A model generated the notes under the pieces. That model was given only the letters and a program-made list of their open reading frames with translations, was not told the origin of the DNA and searched no databases. A DNA stretch of 62,990 bases, the filler included. It is 15 parts of 15 records of this genome, joined end to end, with 100 filler letters (N's around TTAATTAATTAA, not from the genome) between each part and the next. Parts side by side here need not be neighbours in the genome. Positions count along the whole stretch, not along the records: positions 1 to 4,510 come from SRR9188676_3509; positions 4,611 to 7,698 come from SRR9188676_3522; positions 7,799 to 9,912 come from SRR9188676_3528; positions 10,013 to 12,391 come from SRR9188676_3530; positions 12,492 to 16,514 come from SRR9188676_3536; 10 more parts are not named here. The stretch is one strand, 5' to 3'. The translations under genes were made by a program, and so were the position numbers. This document shows, one piece after another, positions 1 to 15,163 of the stretch (within the stretch, counting starts at the first letter, position 1; each line of letters opens with the position of its first letter).

Positions 1-1003
1 TGCTTTTCTCTATTTAGATAGACTGAGAGGTGATAATGGTGAATTTGACGACTACTTTGCGATTCTACGAAGTTCTCAACCATTGCACGAACTATTCGGA
101 TCTATCATACCTACTGCTATACAAGGATTTCGGAAATGTCTAGGCTTGGCTATGATCAACATTCGGATGGATCGATAATGATGATGGAGAGAGTAGGATA
201 ATGGTGAATTTTACTCTGCCATGCGCTGCTTCGACTATCAAAGTACCTAGGTATCTTTTACCCGAGTTGTTTGTTCATTTTACAATGATTTTGGTAATTT
301 ATATTCTCATCAGAATCATTTATTCTGTATCATCATGAGCATAAAAAATATATCTCCTTATTATACCCATTATGGGCTTATTTTATATATTTATATTTAT
401 CTATATCAATATAGTGATGGAAAGAGCGGTGCCGGTGGTGAATTTGGCGACTGGACTATGAAATGCACCGATACTTCCAAGTAAGTATAAGGACTATCCG
501 ACAACATCGAAACAGCGAAAAACCCACACTGCAGTTGAATTCCCGAGAGGACTGATGGCTAGAATTGCTTCTTTTTGAACCACAGTGATGTCTTTGATCA
601 TAAGCTCAGTGGTAGGTAGTGTCATAGTCAACTGGAGAGGATGCAGACGTCTACAGTGAAATGTGTACAGGGTCCCAGCCTCTATTCTCTCTCTATACAA
701 TGATCATTGCTTTCGGGATAAGTATGAAAGGGCTCTCTATTCCGGACCGGGCTAGTTGGCGGCGAATATGTTCCTTGACGAGGCTTTCAGGCATTTCACA
801 GGGAGCTTATTTTATTTCACAGGGAATAAATACCTCGCTACCATCCTCCACTCGCACCAATCCTGATTTTGCCACTATACCCCCCAGATTCAGAACAATT
901 TTAGAGTAGAGTTACCCCCCTTAGAAAGAATGCATTGGTGGCAGCCATTCGTTGGGTTGGCAGGGAGAATTTTCGATTGATCAGCAAAAATCAAAAAAAA
1001 TAA

Positions 1004-4117
<3,114 letters not shown>

Positions 4118-4510
4118 TGAAACTGAATAATGAATTTACGAGCAGGAGCTTCAACAAGTCATTGGAGCTTTTTCCTCCTTCGCATCCCAACTTGTCGAAC
4201 CACTTTTACTGCCTGCTCTCTCTTTCGCCTGACCTATCGTTTTACCCTTCTCATTTATCGATCTACCTATTTACGGGACCGCTTACCTTCTCTGCCCTTT
4301 CGCTCTATAACCGAATTTCTGCAACACTGATAACCTCATTGATTTATCTCGCTCTCAATTTATTTCCTTTTCATGACGTCCGCTCTCTGAACCTTTCGAG
4401 TGTTGCTTGATTATCTTTGCAAATTTCTCCAATGATGTCAGTGTTGTTGAGCCTGGTTATCTTAATTGTTGGGATACCGTCGCAATAGATTATGCAATTT
4501 CTTTTATTTC

Positions 4511-4610
4511 NNNNNNNNNNNNNNNNNNNNNNNNNNNNNNNNNNNNNNNNNNNNTTAATTAATTAANNNNNNNNNNNNNNNNNNNNNNNNNNNNNNNNNN
4601 NNNNNNNNNN
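4511..4610. other. Artificial contig-joining spacer (N-run + TTAATTAATTAA + N-run). Others at approx. 7699-7798, 9913-10012, 12392-12490, 16515-16614, 30029-30128, 33474-33573, 37848-37947, 40498-40597, 44592-44691, 50378-50477, 54666-54765, 57573-57672, 60722-60821
   Basis: The same structure of about 100 nt occurs 14 times. TTAATTAATTAA places stops in all six frames. Genes are cut off at the spacers and base composition changes across them. Confidence 0.99.
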
Positions 4611-4707
4611 GCTAAACTATCCCAACAATTAAGGTAGTATGTATGATGGAAATGGTAGAATGTGAATGAGTAGTATGTATGTATGCATGTATGTATTGGT
4701 GATGTAC

Positions 4708-6700
4708 CTGTAACCATAGTGGTGGGGCCTCTCCAGTAATTCCTGCAGTCCTCGACGTCCGTGCAGTTATGGTATGCCTCACTGCGGTTGGTCCGTACAA
4801 GATCAGGAAGCCATTGTTGAAGTTGGCTGCGTAGAGTGAATAAAACGAGAATGGAAGCAGATATTGTATTCGAAGACATGTGAGTATTGACATGAATCGG
4901 GATGTGTATGTGTATCGGGGTGGGGTGGGGTATTGGATTAGCACGAACAACTTGGGAGAGAGCTGGCCTTGAAGCCAAAATACTCGATTTACTCCCAGGA
5001 ATCAGTTATCAGTTTTCTCCCTCAGAGTGCAGAGTATAAAGATATGGGTGCGGAAGAAAGATCATCAATTTCGGAATTGGACTCATAAAATGAGCGTCCG
5101 TCGAAACAAGTGAAAGTAAAGCACCTTCAATAGTCGATAGTTGTTACGGAGAAAGAGAGAAAAGGGGGGGGGTTAAATAGGGGGGGAGAGAAGTATACTT
5201 ACCCCAACATAGCATCTTCGAATCCCCAGATGTGCTCATGGACCTAAATATGGCAGAAACAGAAATGGCACGAGTGGAAGATAGGTTAGAAAGAGAATAG
5301 TGCGCATTCATGTTTAGAAAGTGGCCGAGCACAGCACTAGATACGGCGACAAGATGAGAAAAAAGAAAGGAGAGACGATCCGGCGAAGCGCTGATCATTA
5401 CGCAAAGATAAAGCTCACGAATGGCCCAATCGGAGGGTAAATAGGTGACTTTGACGTCATCATGGTGACTGATGTGATAATGGGAGGAGCACGTACACTG
5501 CGGGAGTGGAAGAGCGCAGAGAGATGAGTGACTCGCAAACCGTTCAAAAAGGCCTCATTTTGCAGCAGGGCAACCGCACCTGAGGAAGAGGAGAAAAAGC
5601 AACCTACAACTCTCAGTAATCGCAATAGCATCGTAAAAATGGGAAGATGGGCAAGAAAAACGCAATCAAGGCTACAATCTGAACCTATCATCTCAGAAGT
5701 TACTTCGGGCTTCCGGGAGAAGCTTGTTCCCCCTTATAACAGGCTGAGAGAATTGACTCTATGGGGCATGATAACGAGTTCCACTCGAAAAGTGCATTCG
5801 AATGTGATCATGAATAAATAAATATGCTCATAATGGGAATGATGCCCAATCTAACATAAATGACATACATACATGACACACTGTATCCGAGCAAGTGATG
5901 AGGCAACTCTGTCAGTATTGAGTCGAATATAACTCGGGACATTACATTCACGAGCCAACACGAGAGCGTTTTCGTAGCTGTGAAATAATTCAGAAGATAA
6001 ACCGTAGGATATCCTTACCAGAGTAAGCACAATTGACAGTGGTGATCATATCAGTGACATCGTTCAGTTGTCGACCGTCCTTGGTCACAGAAAGCTCAGG
6101 CAGAAAGTGCCACCTTTGGAACATTTTGTACGACACAAATGCATTCTTTTCGGTGAATTCAACATCAAACTTGTCAAGGTATTGGCGATAGCGATAAGGA
6201 CCAAGTTCCTGCAAAAAATCCATCAATATTTTGGACAGGAGAAAGTAAGGACGTATATGAACCTCAAGTCGTGGGATGTCTCTTCCCTGCAAGATGTCGT
6301 CCAAGTTCGTGATGTTCCAAAAGTAGAAGTTCATGTATTCATCAGCATGCTGGTCCTTATCGCCATGGTTCTTCACCCAAACTATTAGAGCAATTATGGA
6401 ATGAGTCAAACAAGCGGAATTCCTGAATAACTGAGAAATACCATCGTAATCATCATCATCGAACCCATCAACAATCGCGGATTGCTTGACTTCCTATTAA
6501 ATTGAATGTGGATTTGCATTAGCATGTGGAAAAGAGGTTCGACCTACAGTTTGATCAGCAATTCTCGGATAGCTTACCTCCTTCAAGGACGAATCAATGT
6601 ACCAACTGAAAACAAGTCCGCAGATCAGGACTACCAGACCAAGACCAGTAAGGACAAAGCCTGAGATCTTGAGTAATTTGATTTTCTGTTGCTCCTTCAT
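4708..6700 (-). CDS. CD36 / scavenger receptor class B (LIMP-2/Lmp-like) family protein, multi-exon, 3' end missing
   Basis: N-terminal TM helix (ISGFVLTGLGLVVLICGLVFSWYI), then CD36-typical motifs YMNFYFWNITNLDDILQG, PRLE|ELGPYRYRQ and DMITTVN, and a later exon ending TMVTG. Exon junctions near 6578, 6493-6442, 6381-6263 and 6208-6019 are GT-AG. Confidence 0.88.
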
Positions 6701-7052
6701 TCTCGGAATTCAATCTCCAAATCAAAAGAGAGAGAATGTCTAGAGAATGTGTCTTCGGCAAGAGGACGTGAGATTGGAAGAACGTTCGATAAGTTCGAAA
6801 GAAAGTTCGGGAACCCTCGAAACATATGACGTGTTCGGGTCCATGGCAATTTCATACCTCGCCAAGAAACGAATTGAGAAAAAAACACCCATTTTTCCCC
6901 TTACAAATCGTATTTCAAGACAATATACTGGCTTAACATTGCATTTCCTCGATTTGTACTAAGAGATTGTGGACTAATCTCCTTTCCCCATCATGGGTAC
7001 TTGTGCATGTTTCATTCGATTTTTCATTTTCTGATTCATTTTCTTCTCTTAG

Positions 7053-7486
7053 GACTCAATTTTGTCGAGCAACTCCTCTGCCTTTTGGGTCGTCTTCAGC
7101 CGTATCTCGAAAAAGATTACACGCGGCTGGTCCAGAAGTATGAGATCTCATTGCTATACACGACACTGCAGCAGCGCCTACAATCCAATCATGAGAGGGC
7201 CAAACAAGTTCGACAAGACCTTTTAATCCTTTCAAAGTTTGCAAGTACTCTTCCTGATGCACAGCCTGTGATTGATGAAAAGCAGCGAGAGCTCGATGCG
7301 ATTCTGAAGGTGATTTCACATGTCCCATTTTTCTGAGAGTATTATGAAGCACAAATTCTATACTTCTCTCTTATTTTGGTCCAACTCCAACACATTTCAG
7401 GAAGAAGAAGCGGTCAAGCTGCAAGCTGAAAAAGTTGAGGTCACAAATGGCTGCAAACCTCTGCCAGAAACGCAACTCGCTGATCT
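7053..7486 (+). CDS. Hypothetical coiled-coil protein (exons; boundaries approximate)
   Basis: Open helical frame GLNFVEQLL...QRELDAILK, then a GT-AG intron and an exon EEEAVKLQAEKVEV. No family recognised. Confidence 0.4.
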
Positions 7487-7839
7487 GTAAGTTTTTCAGC
7501 TTCTCAGAGTCGTTTTCCCCCCTAAATTGCAATCTTTTATTACAATATCCTATAGTTTTCATTGCTCATTTCTTGTGACAAAGAGCTCAAGATGTTTCGA
7601 TGAGAAAAAATCATTCACACAAAACCACCCCCTTTTCTTACTGCCGTGGATAGTGACATCGAAGAATAACATTTCTGTTGTTCTGGATATTCTATCCANN
7701 NNNNNNNNNNNNNNNNNNNNNNNNNNNNNNNNNNNNNNNNNNTTAATTAATTAANNNNNNNNNNNNNNNNNNNNNNNNNNNNNNNNNNNNNNNNNNNNGG
7801 GGGGGGTGGGGGTGGGGTGGGGGGGGGTAGATCACGTAC

Positions 7840-9736
7840 AGTTCCGAGGAGGGTAACAGGCACGCCTAGCACCACCACGCGCGTGATATGGCACCGCTTT
7901 CTGTGGTCATCATGACTGCCCTTACTACTTGCCGTATTGCTGTTGGGGGTGCGAGGGGACGCGGCAAGATCGCGATGCGGGGTGCGTGCAGGTGCCTGTG
8001 AATGGGGATTTGTACTGCGTGATGGTCCAGCAGAAGAACTTGTACTAACACCCCCACTCTCCACTCTCTCCCCTCTTTCGGGGACAGGCTGCAGCTCGAA
8101 GGGGCTCGACGTGTCAGAGAGGTCCAACCCCCCCACACCCACAGTGCTACCCCTTTTCGCGCTCGCACTACTGGACGTTCTACTCCCTGTGGGGGTCTTA
8201 GAACTGCCAGCATTATCACTATTCATCGTCCTATTCGTGTCGGCAGTATTTTCACTACTTGTAGATACACCAGCGCTCGCCGAAGCAGAGGTCGAAGAGG
8301 AATCTGAAGAACCAGTAGTTGTTTTAGCCTTAGCAGCAGCATCAGCACTGCCCTTCAGGAGAGGGGATGGTGATGCTCCTCCGGGTTGCATCTCGAGGTC
8401 CTGTGGGGTAGAAGGTGGTGGGTCGGGGACGGCAGCGGTCATGGCAGCCTGCTCCACGGCATCGGGGTGCACCACGCGGCCGTCGGGGAGGTACAGTGCC
8501 CGAGATGTGCGCCCCACAACCCACACCCTGCCGCTGTCGTCCAGGTACCCCACGTCGCCCGTGCGGTGCCAGATCACGCCGTCCGCGTCTCGGATCTGCA
8601 GTAATTGCAATCCGCAAGAGTACATAAATAAAGAGATAAATGTAAAAATAGATCTAGCAAACCGCAAGCGTACATAAAAACAGTAGATAAGCTTTAAAAA
8701 ATAGATCTAGCGTCGAGGCCGTCGTGTAGGCACCGCACGTCCCCCGTGCGGCCCATACGGTGGCTAGATTACATCGTCCGCGTTTCGGATCTACAACACA
8801 ACGCTATGATACATATGCAAAGTATGAGAGGATTGGTTGCTTTCAGATGCTAGAGTTCGTCTGATCGAGCAATCGTCGCGAATCTACCGAGTACATTCAT
8901 GTCTATGAACAATGAAAAATATTGATCCATTAACTTATCAGAAAATAAAGCGACCACGAAGAAAATCAAGCAATGTCGAACTATCGATTTTTCCTTCCAG
9001 TTGTCCTCAGGGTGTCGTGGAAGCGGAGTATGTCGCTTCTTGCAATTCATGTACAGCAGGAAGGATATATATAGTCGAGCACGGGGATGCCGATAACGTA
9101 GAGATATCATGCGATTGAATAGTCTATTCTCTACCTTCTGCATGCTGTAGGCGTCGACATCCATGTAGTACTCGGACACGACGTGGTCGCCGGCAACGAT
9201 GATCTCGCCCAGCGTGCCCTTTCGGACCGCCCACTCGGACCAGCCCCCTGCCCCGTGGAGCGTCACGGCCCGAGGCGTCGCCTTGATCACGGCAACACGT
9301 GTCACCGGCCGCCCCGTGCACACCCCAAGCCCTACGCGCTCGCCCTGTAATCACATCAATCACGCATTCCGTGTAAGCTGAGGTATCGGTCACGATCATA
9401 TCTTCTGATAATCTTTCTTACTATATTCATATGATACAAATGAGCACTCTACACTATCAATATACGAATCGAGTAAGATAGTACTACATCATATTCTTTG
9501 TTAACAGCGCTGCCGGTACACGGAATATTACCATTAAGTGGAAGGGGGAAGAAAAAAAAAAAACGGTTCTTGCGAAAATGAAACAAGTTGAGAGCGTGAC
9601 GAGAAGAATGTAAGGCACGTACAGTACGCAATGCCAGGGATGATGCTGCGGGGATACGAGAGATAGGGTCGGCCTCGGAATAGCCGTAGTACACTTCCAC
9701 ATTCTTGTCCTCGAAGACGGAGCAAATCGTGCGCAG
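7840..9736 (-). CDS. ANL-superfamily adenylate-forming enzyme, OleC (beta-lactone synthetase)-like, internal fragment. Exons 9736-9623, 9344-9135, 8595-7840
   Basis: Spliced motifs YYGYSEADPIS, GVCTGRPV, GTLGEIIVAGDHVVSEYY and KIRDADGVIWHRTGDVGYLDDSGRVWVVGR. Introns are phase-0 GT-AG. A long Ser/Thr/Pro-rich insertion precedes ITRVVVLGV. Confidence 0.85.
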
Positions 9737-10270
9737 CTGCGAGTGCACATTAGAGATACAATGAGCACAAAATTACAAAATAATTGCATAAACTGATATC
9801 CTAACAATTAAGGTAGAGAGTGCACATCATAGTGTATACAGAAATAGGTTCATATACAGACAAATCTACCTGATACATAAACAAATATGCTCATAATGGG
9901 TATAATGTCCAANNNNNNNNNNNNNNNNNNNNNNNNNNNNNNNNNNNNNNNNNNNNTTAATTAATTAANNNNNNNNNNNNNNNNNNNNNNNNNNNNNNNN
10001 NNNNNNNNNNNNTCAGCCAAGCCCTCGAAGAATCGGATCAAAGTTGGGTACAATATAGTTCGTGAGTTCAGCCATCCAGAGCAGCATTGATAAAATCAAA
10101 TGATCAGGAGGAAGGTTCTGATAAAACCTCGAGAATCTCCGAGATGATTTCTTCCAGAAATAAAAAAGATTGCGGCCTTTCTGTCCGAGCCTTATGTGGG
10201 AAGTAATAAATCAATTTTACTCATTCTGGAAAACAATACATAAATCACATATTTTCAGCATGACACGTAC

Positions 10271-11288
10271 CTATCTTCAACGACTTTGAACTGCGTCGCA
10301 TTCTTCACATAAATCTCGGGTTTGAATTGCTTATCCCAGTCAATGGCATCAGGATCGATACCATACAGACTCGGGTCCTTCCATCTGGTGAACAGTTTGA
10401 CATCGCAGTAGAATGTCTGTGCTACGATATCCACACTGGCAATGGAAAATACCGTGAACCCGATTTCTACATTCACAGGACCTTTCGGGGGCTTGGGTTT
10501 GGTGGATAATGATGGAGGAGGGTCTGGCGTGCGCCCTTCGGACTAAAAAATGGATGGAGAGAAGTGATAAGAGAATGCTCGCGTGAAAGGAAGGGATGAA
10601 ATTGGGAGGAAGGAGAGATGCAGCGATCAGAGGAAACATATTATCTTGCCTTTTCTCCTTGAAAGATATTAGTAAGATACATTTCCATGGTCAAAGAGCA
10701 TCCATATCAATCACAATAAGAGAAGCATCTTAAAAACTTCATCGTACTAAAAAAAGCACATTTGTGTCCTGAACTCTACAGTCGAGGTCAGGAGCTCACG
10801 GTGACATTGCTCTACATCATAGTGCTACTAGATCCCTATTCAAGTAAGCACAGCAAAATTCGTACCTGTTGGCTCTGGAGCTCTTCCCACTCAATCACCG
10901 AGTTCGGCAGCCCTGGTTCAAAATACTTGGGCAAAGCTACTTCTACACTGCTCTTTTTTTTGCCTGCTGCTCCATTCAGAGCCATATCTGAAGGGAAAGG
11001 CAAATTGTAAACGGATTGCACATGCTTCATCTCAAGGCTGTCTCTTGTGCGGATCAGTTTCAGATTCAAAGAGAGTCCTGATGGGGTTGATGGACTGAAG
11101 ACTATGCAATGATTATCAGCATCATATAATGCGAACTGAGTGTCATGTGGCAGCCCAAAGGAATCGCAAACAGATGTTCGAAGATCCGTGCTTGTTGTGC
11201 CCTCGGGATACCACCTGAATTTCTGTGTGATGGGTGGGTCATGTTCCGCGAAGAATATCGATATGGTTCGTGTTTCCACCAACACCAT
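10271..11288 (-). CDS. Pentameric ligand-gated ion channel (Cys-loop/GLIC superfamily), N-terminal part, with a probable N-terminal extension; truncated
   Basis: Exon at about 10542-10271 reads PKGPVNVEIGFTVFSIASVDIVAQTFYCDVKLFTRWKDPSL...WDKQFKPEIYVKN, the beta1-beta2 / WxDxxL / loop A (PxxxxxN) pattern. The upstream same-strand ORF 11288-10866 ends at a donor CAG|GTACG. The exact joining exons were not resolved. Confidence 0.8.
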
Positions 11289-12523
11289 TCAGCACCCGGG
11301 AAGATCGTATCGACCGATCTCACAACAAAAGATTCTCCAAGATCTTTGTATCTAAATTTAGCAGCCACCATGTACCATAATGAGGAATTGCTTCTTGTTG
11401 GAGAAAAAGCAAGAGCGGATACAACAATAAATCTCAGAAATCACAACACAAGGACACAACGAAGGATTGGTAATAAAAAGAACTGGCTGATTTATTCATG
11501 AAAAAGTAAGATGCGACTCACCGATCTCGTGATCGATATTTGCACATCTGCGAGACAGGGAAAAATTACTGGAATAACCGACAAATAATTCGTGGAATAT
11601 TGAGGAGGAGCAAAATTGAGAAGATAAAAGCAAATTGTCTGAGGATGTAGCATGATGAATGATGTGTCAATGTTTTTGAGAGATCGTAGGTCGGTGAGGG
11701 GGAGGTGGGATGATTGGATGATGGTAGAAATTCGTGATCGAACAAACATTGATGAGGATAGGATCGGGAGTTCAAAAAAAAGAGAAGGAAATGAGAAGGA
11801 ATAGTTGCAGACTGGATGCTATATATTACTATATATGCACGCATGAAATTCAGTCAGCAATCAAATCAAAGATGTCAAAATTTGTTCTCAGCCACAGAAA
11901 TATATGAAATCTGCCGACTAATGTGTTATGAATGAAGATAGATGGCTGAGACAGAGTAGAAAGCTGAATTTCATGGAGACGGGACAATCTATTAATTCGG
12001 AATGTTTTGGGATGAAAGGAATGAACGGTAGGAACGAAATTAAGTGTGTGAAAATTGGAGAAATGATAAAAAAAAAAACGGAAGTCTGACTCGAAGAACG
12101 AGCGCAGAAAATAACCAACAAAAATACCAAGACAAAAAAAGGGGGGGAGAGGGGAAAAAGGGATAATAATTGTGAATAAGAATGACAGAACCAAGTCAAA
12201 TTCGTTTTCATAGGAGAAGAGATTTGGTCGAGTTTCTGACGCGTGAAGTGCTATTAATACTGGGAATCATATCACTTAGGATTCGAATCAAATTCACTTA
12301 TGCAGCGAAATCTAAAATCGACTGACCCGCTGAAAATATGGAAATTTGGCAAATAAATAATTAAGCTCATAATGGATGGAAAATACTGATCNNNNNNNNN
12401 NNNNNNNNNNNNNNNNNNNNNNNNNNNNNNNNNNNTTAATTAATTAANNNNNNNNNNNNNNNNNNNNNNNNNNNNNNNNNNNNNNNNNNNNATATCATAA
12501 AGTGCATTTTATAAGTCGTTTTG

Positions 12524-14304
12524 TCAACTTTGAAGACTTATTCCTGTCAAATTCATGATATAAAAGCTCATATTACACATGTAAGAACTACTAAAACCGA
12601 TGATGATGATGAAACTGATGAAAATTCCCTCCCTCCAAATTTTCAGCATTTCGATTGCTTCAATCTCGATCTGATTAGGTGAGGCACGATAGGGCATCAT
12701 TAGCAAATCTGAGAAGAGATTTTGCCCGATATCCTGATTCTAAAAAATGCCAGCCGCTACGCTACGCAAGCCCTGCTGAAATAGAGCGACCCATACCTCC
12801 AAGTTTTTCAGCATTCCTGTGGGCTCATCATCTCGATCCGCACCGGCTGTGGCTGTGGCTGTGGGTCCATCCTTGCGCAAATCATTCTCGCGCATTGCTC
12901 CATACTGATACTGATTATCGTGATGTAACTGCTGCTGTTGATCATGAGCATGTGAATGGCTTTCAGAGAGAGACCGGTCAGGTAACCCCCCACCCATACC
13001 CATTCCCATACCCCTGCCTGATTGGTCCATTGTCATACCATTATTATTATCGTTCAATATATTATTACTGGCAAAAATGCTATTTGAAGGGAGTCCATTT
13101 CCGCCTCCTATTAGACCGTTCCCTCCTCCACCGGATAGAGATACAGATGTAGATGTCATATTGGTAGCATTTGCCCCTGTCGGGAATAAAGATGTGCTCG
13201 AAAAGGCATGACGGTTCTTTTTCGCAACGACAGGGAACCATACTGATCGAGATGCGGCTTCGGGAGTCTGGGGTCGAGTCCCTGGGCGTAGAATTTTAGT
13301 CCCTTCGAAGAAATTTACGGATGCGAATGGATGAGGCTGTTGTGTGTGGTTTGGTGGTTTGGTATGTGATTGAGTTGTGGTCTGGTGGGAATTAGGCTTG
13401 CTGTGACCCTGAGAGGTGGAAACGTTCATGAGTTTGCCTGGTGCCGTGGGCGGTCGGGATGGAATTTGCTTGCTTGCATTGCCTGATAGTAGTGATGAGT
13501 TTAGGGAGAGAAGGAAGAAGGTGTGATGTGTGTGCGAGGGTGTTTGTGTTTGTGTGTGTGGGGGGTGTTTCGGTGAATTTCCGATGTATATTTGGAGACA
13601 TATGTGTGGGTATGGAGGGGGTAAAAGACAGAGAGAATGGGCGAAACGAGGATTAGATGAAAGCGTAGGTCTGTTGAGACAACATAAAAGGGATAAATAC
13701 TGATAAGTGTCCTTGGTTTTGACTCATCCTCACTGATACCTCACCCCATCACAAGACCCAATCTTGATTCCATAGGCCCGACGACCCATCTAGATATTTT
13801 TGTCGGAAGGAGCTGGAATTTTGTTGTCCGAGTTGGAAAGAGCGAAGTCAAATCATCAGTAGCTTCACAGAAGTATTAACAATAAGAGACCTTATAGGGG
13901 ATTCATTCAAACAGGACTGTTGACTTGTATGTCGAAAAACAAGGTACCTGATGCGGGATTATCGCTGGGATTCGCGAGAGCATTCGCCCGAGACCCAGTA
14001 GCTGCGGTATTAGGGCTTGATGACATCACAGCCATATCATCAGGATCATCTACATTTGCATTCTCATGTTCTCCGTATATTCTCCATTTCCATTGAGGAA
14101 GCCTATGCGATCATCAATGCAAAAGTGTCAGCAAACTTCAAGACATCAGACAGCTCGAAGAATATTTTTAATATTTCTTAAATGAAATGTAAATATCAGA
14201 GAACGAAAAAAAGAAAAGTCGATCAAATACTTACGTTTTATATTTACTCACATCCCATTGCTGATTGTGTCTCTTGGCCCAACCATCGAATCCAGTGGTG
14301 GCCA
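12524..14304 (-). CDS. Hypothetical multi-exon protein with low-complexity (N/G/Q/H-rich) region; partial
   Basis: ORF 13429-12740 joins through intron GTATGG...TTTTTTAG to the in-frame exon NQDIGQNLFSDLLMMPY. Upstream exon-like segments lie near 14304 and 14100-13948. No family recognised. Confidence 0.4.
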
Positions 14305-15163
14305 TATCACAGAAATGGTATCAGTAGGCTAAGAAAATAAGTCTAGATATTATATTTCAAGAGATCTAGTGAACACATTGCAGAAAAAGGCTGACATTCG
14401 TGAAAATCCAACTGCTAAAAATATGAACAGGAGAATGTTTTAGAAATGTTCAACCAAAAGCATCAGAACTCGACAGGCAAAAATCGTTTCAACACAAGCA
14501 TTGCATTTACAAGATGGCCAAAGATTGTAAAGAGTTTATCATGATTGCACTATACCAGAGTGGTACTGTACACCTGCTGTCTCCATACACCGAGCGAAAT
14601 CCTCCTCCCAAGGACTTTCTTTCGAACCTCGAAGGGACCCATGGCTTCAACGATGCTATCGCCATCAATTCTGAGGGAATTTATCGATGGTTCGTCTGCT
14701 CATCTTTTGGTCTTACACGTTTGTTCTAAGTTTTGTTCTTCTCTTTCCAGGAAGCTCCCTGTCGGTATGGACCACTACTTCATCCGCTTTTTGAGCCTCG
14801 AAGAGTAATCTCATGCACTTCTGGCTCTTTGTTGTTTCTTTGCTCTTCTATTTTGTGATGTCCAGGGTACCCTTATGTTCCAGTGATTCTCACGGCGCTC
14901 GCGAACAGCGGTTGGAGACTCATCTCAACATCATCGAGTTCCGTCCAAGAAAGAGGGGACCTCTCGCTCGTTTATACCCTGGGGAGATAATACCTGATAA
15001 TCCTTAGCTATTTTTTCCATTCAAAATAAACTCCATCCTGCAATCACTCCGCCTTGCCTGTAGTCAGGTTATTAACCTTGCACATTTTTGTGAACCTTTG
15101 CTGATGGTTCGGTCGATGGACCGGGTTATGAAGGATTTTGGTGATTGAATTTCGATATTTTTC

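Noticed and set aside
4555-4566. Recurring TTAATTAATTAA as a biological repeat or CRISPR-like array
   Set aside because: It is always centred in N-runs of fixed length, so it is a synthetic six-frame-stop linker.
7937-8677. 246-aa plus-strand ORF and similar antisense ORFs in the track
   Set aside because: These are shadow frames opposite real GC-rich or low-complexity exons, with no recognisable motifs.
12706-12800. Apparent in-frame TAG readthrough or alternative genetic code between ORFs 13429-12740 and 12706-12524
   Set aside because: The TAG is the 3' end of a GTATGG...TTTTTTAG intron, and PGM and TFB2 translate correctly with the standard code.
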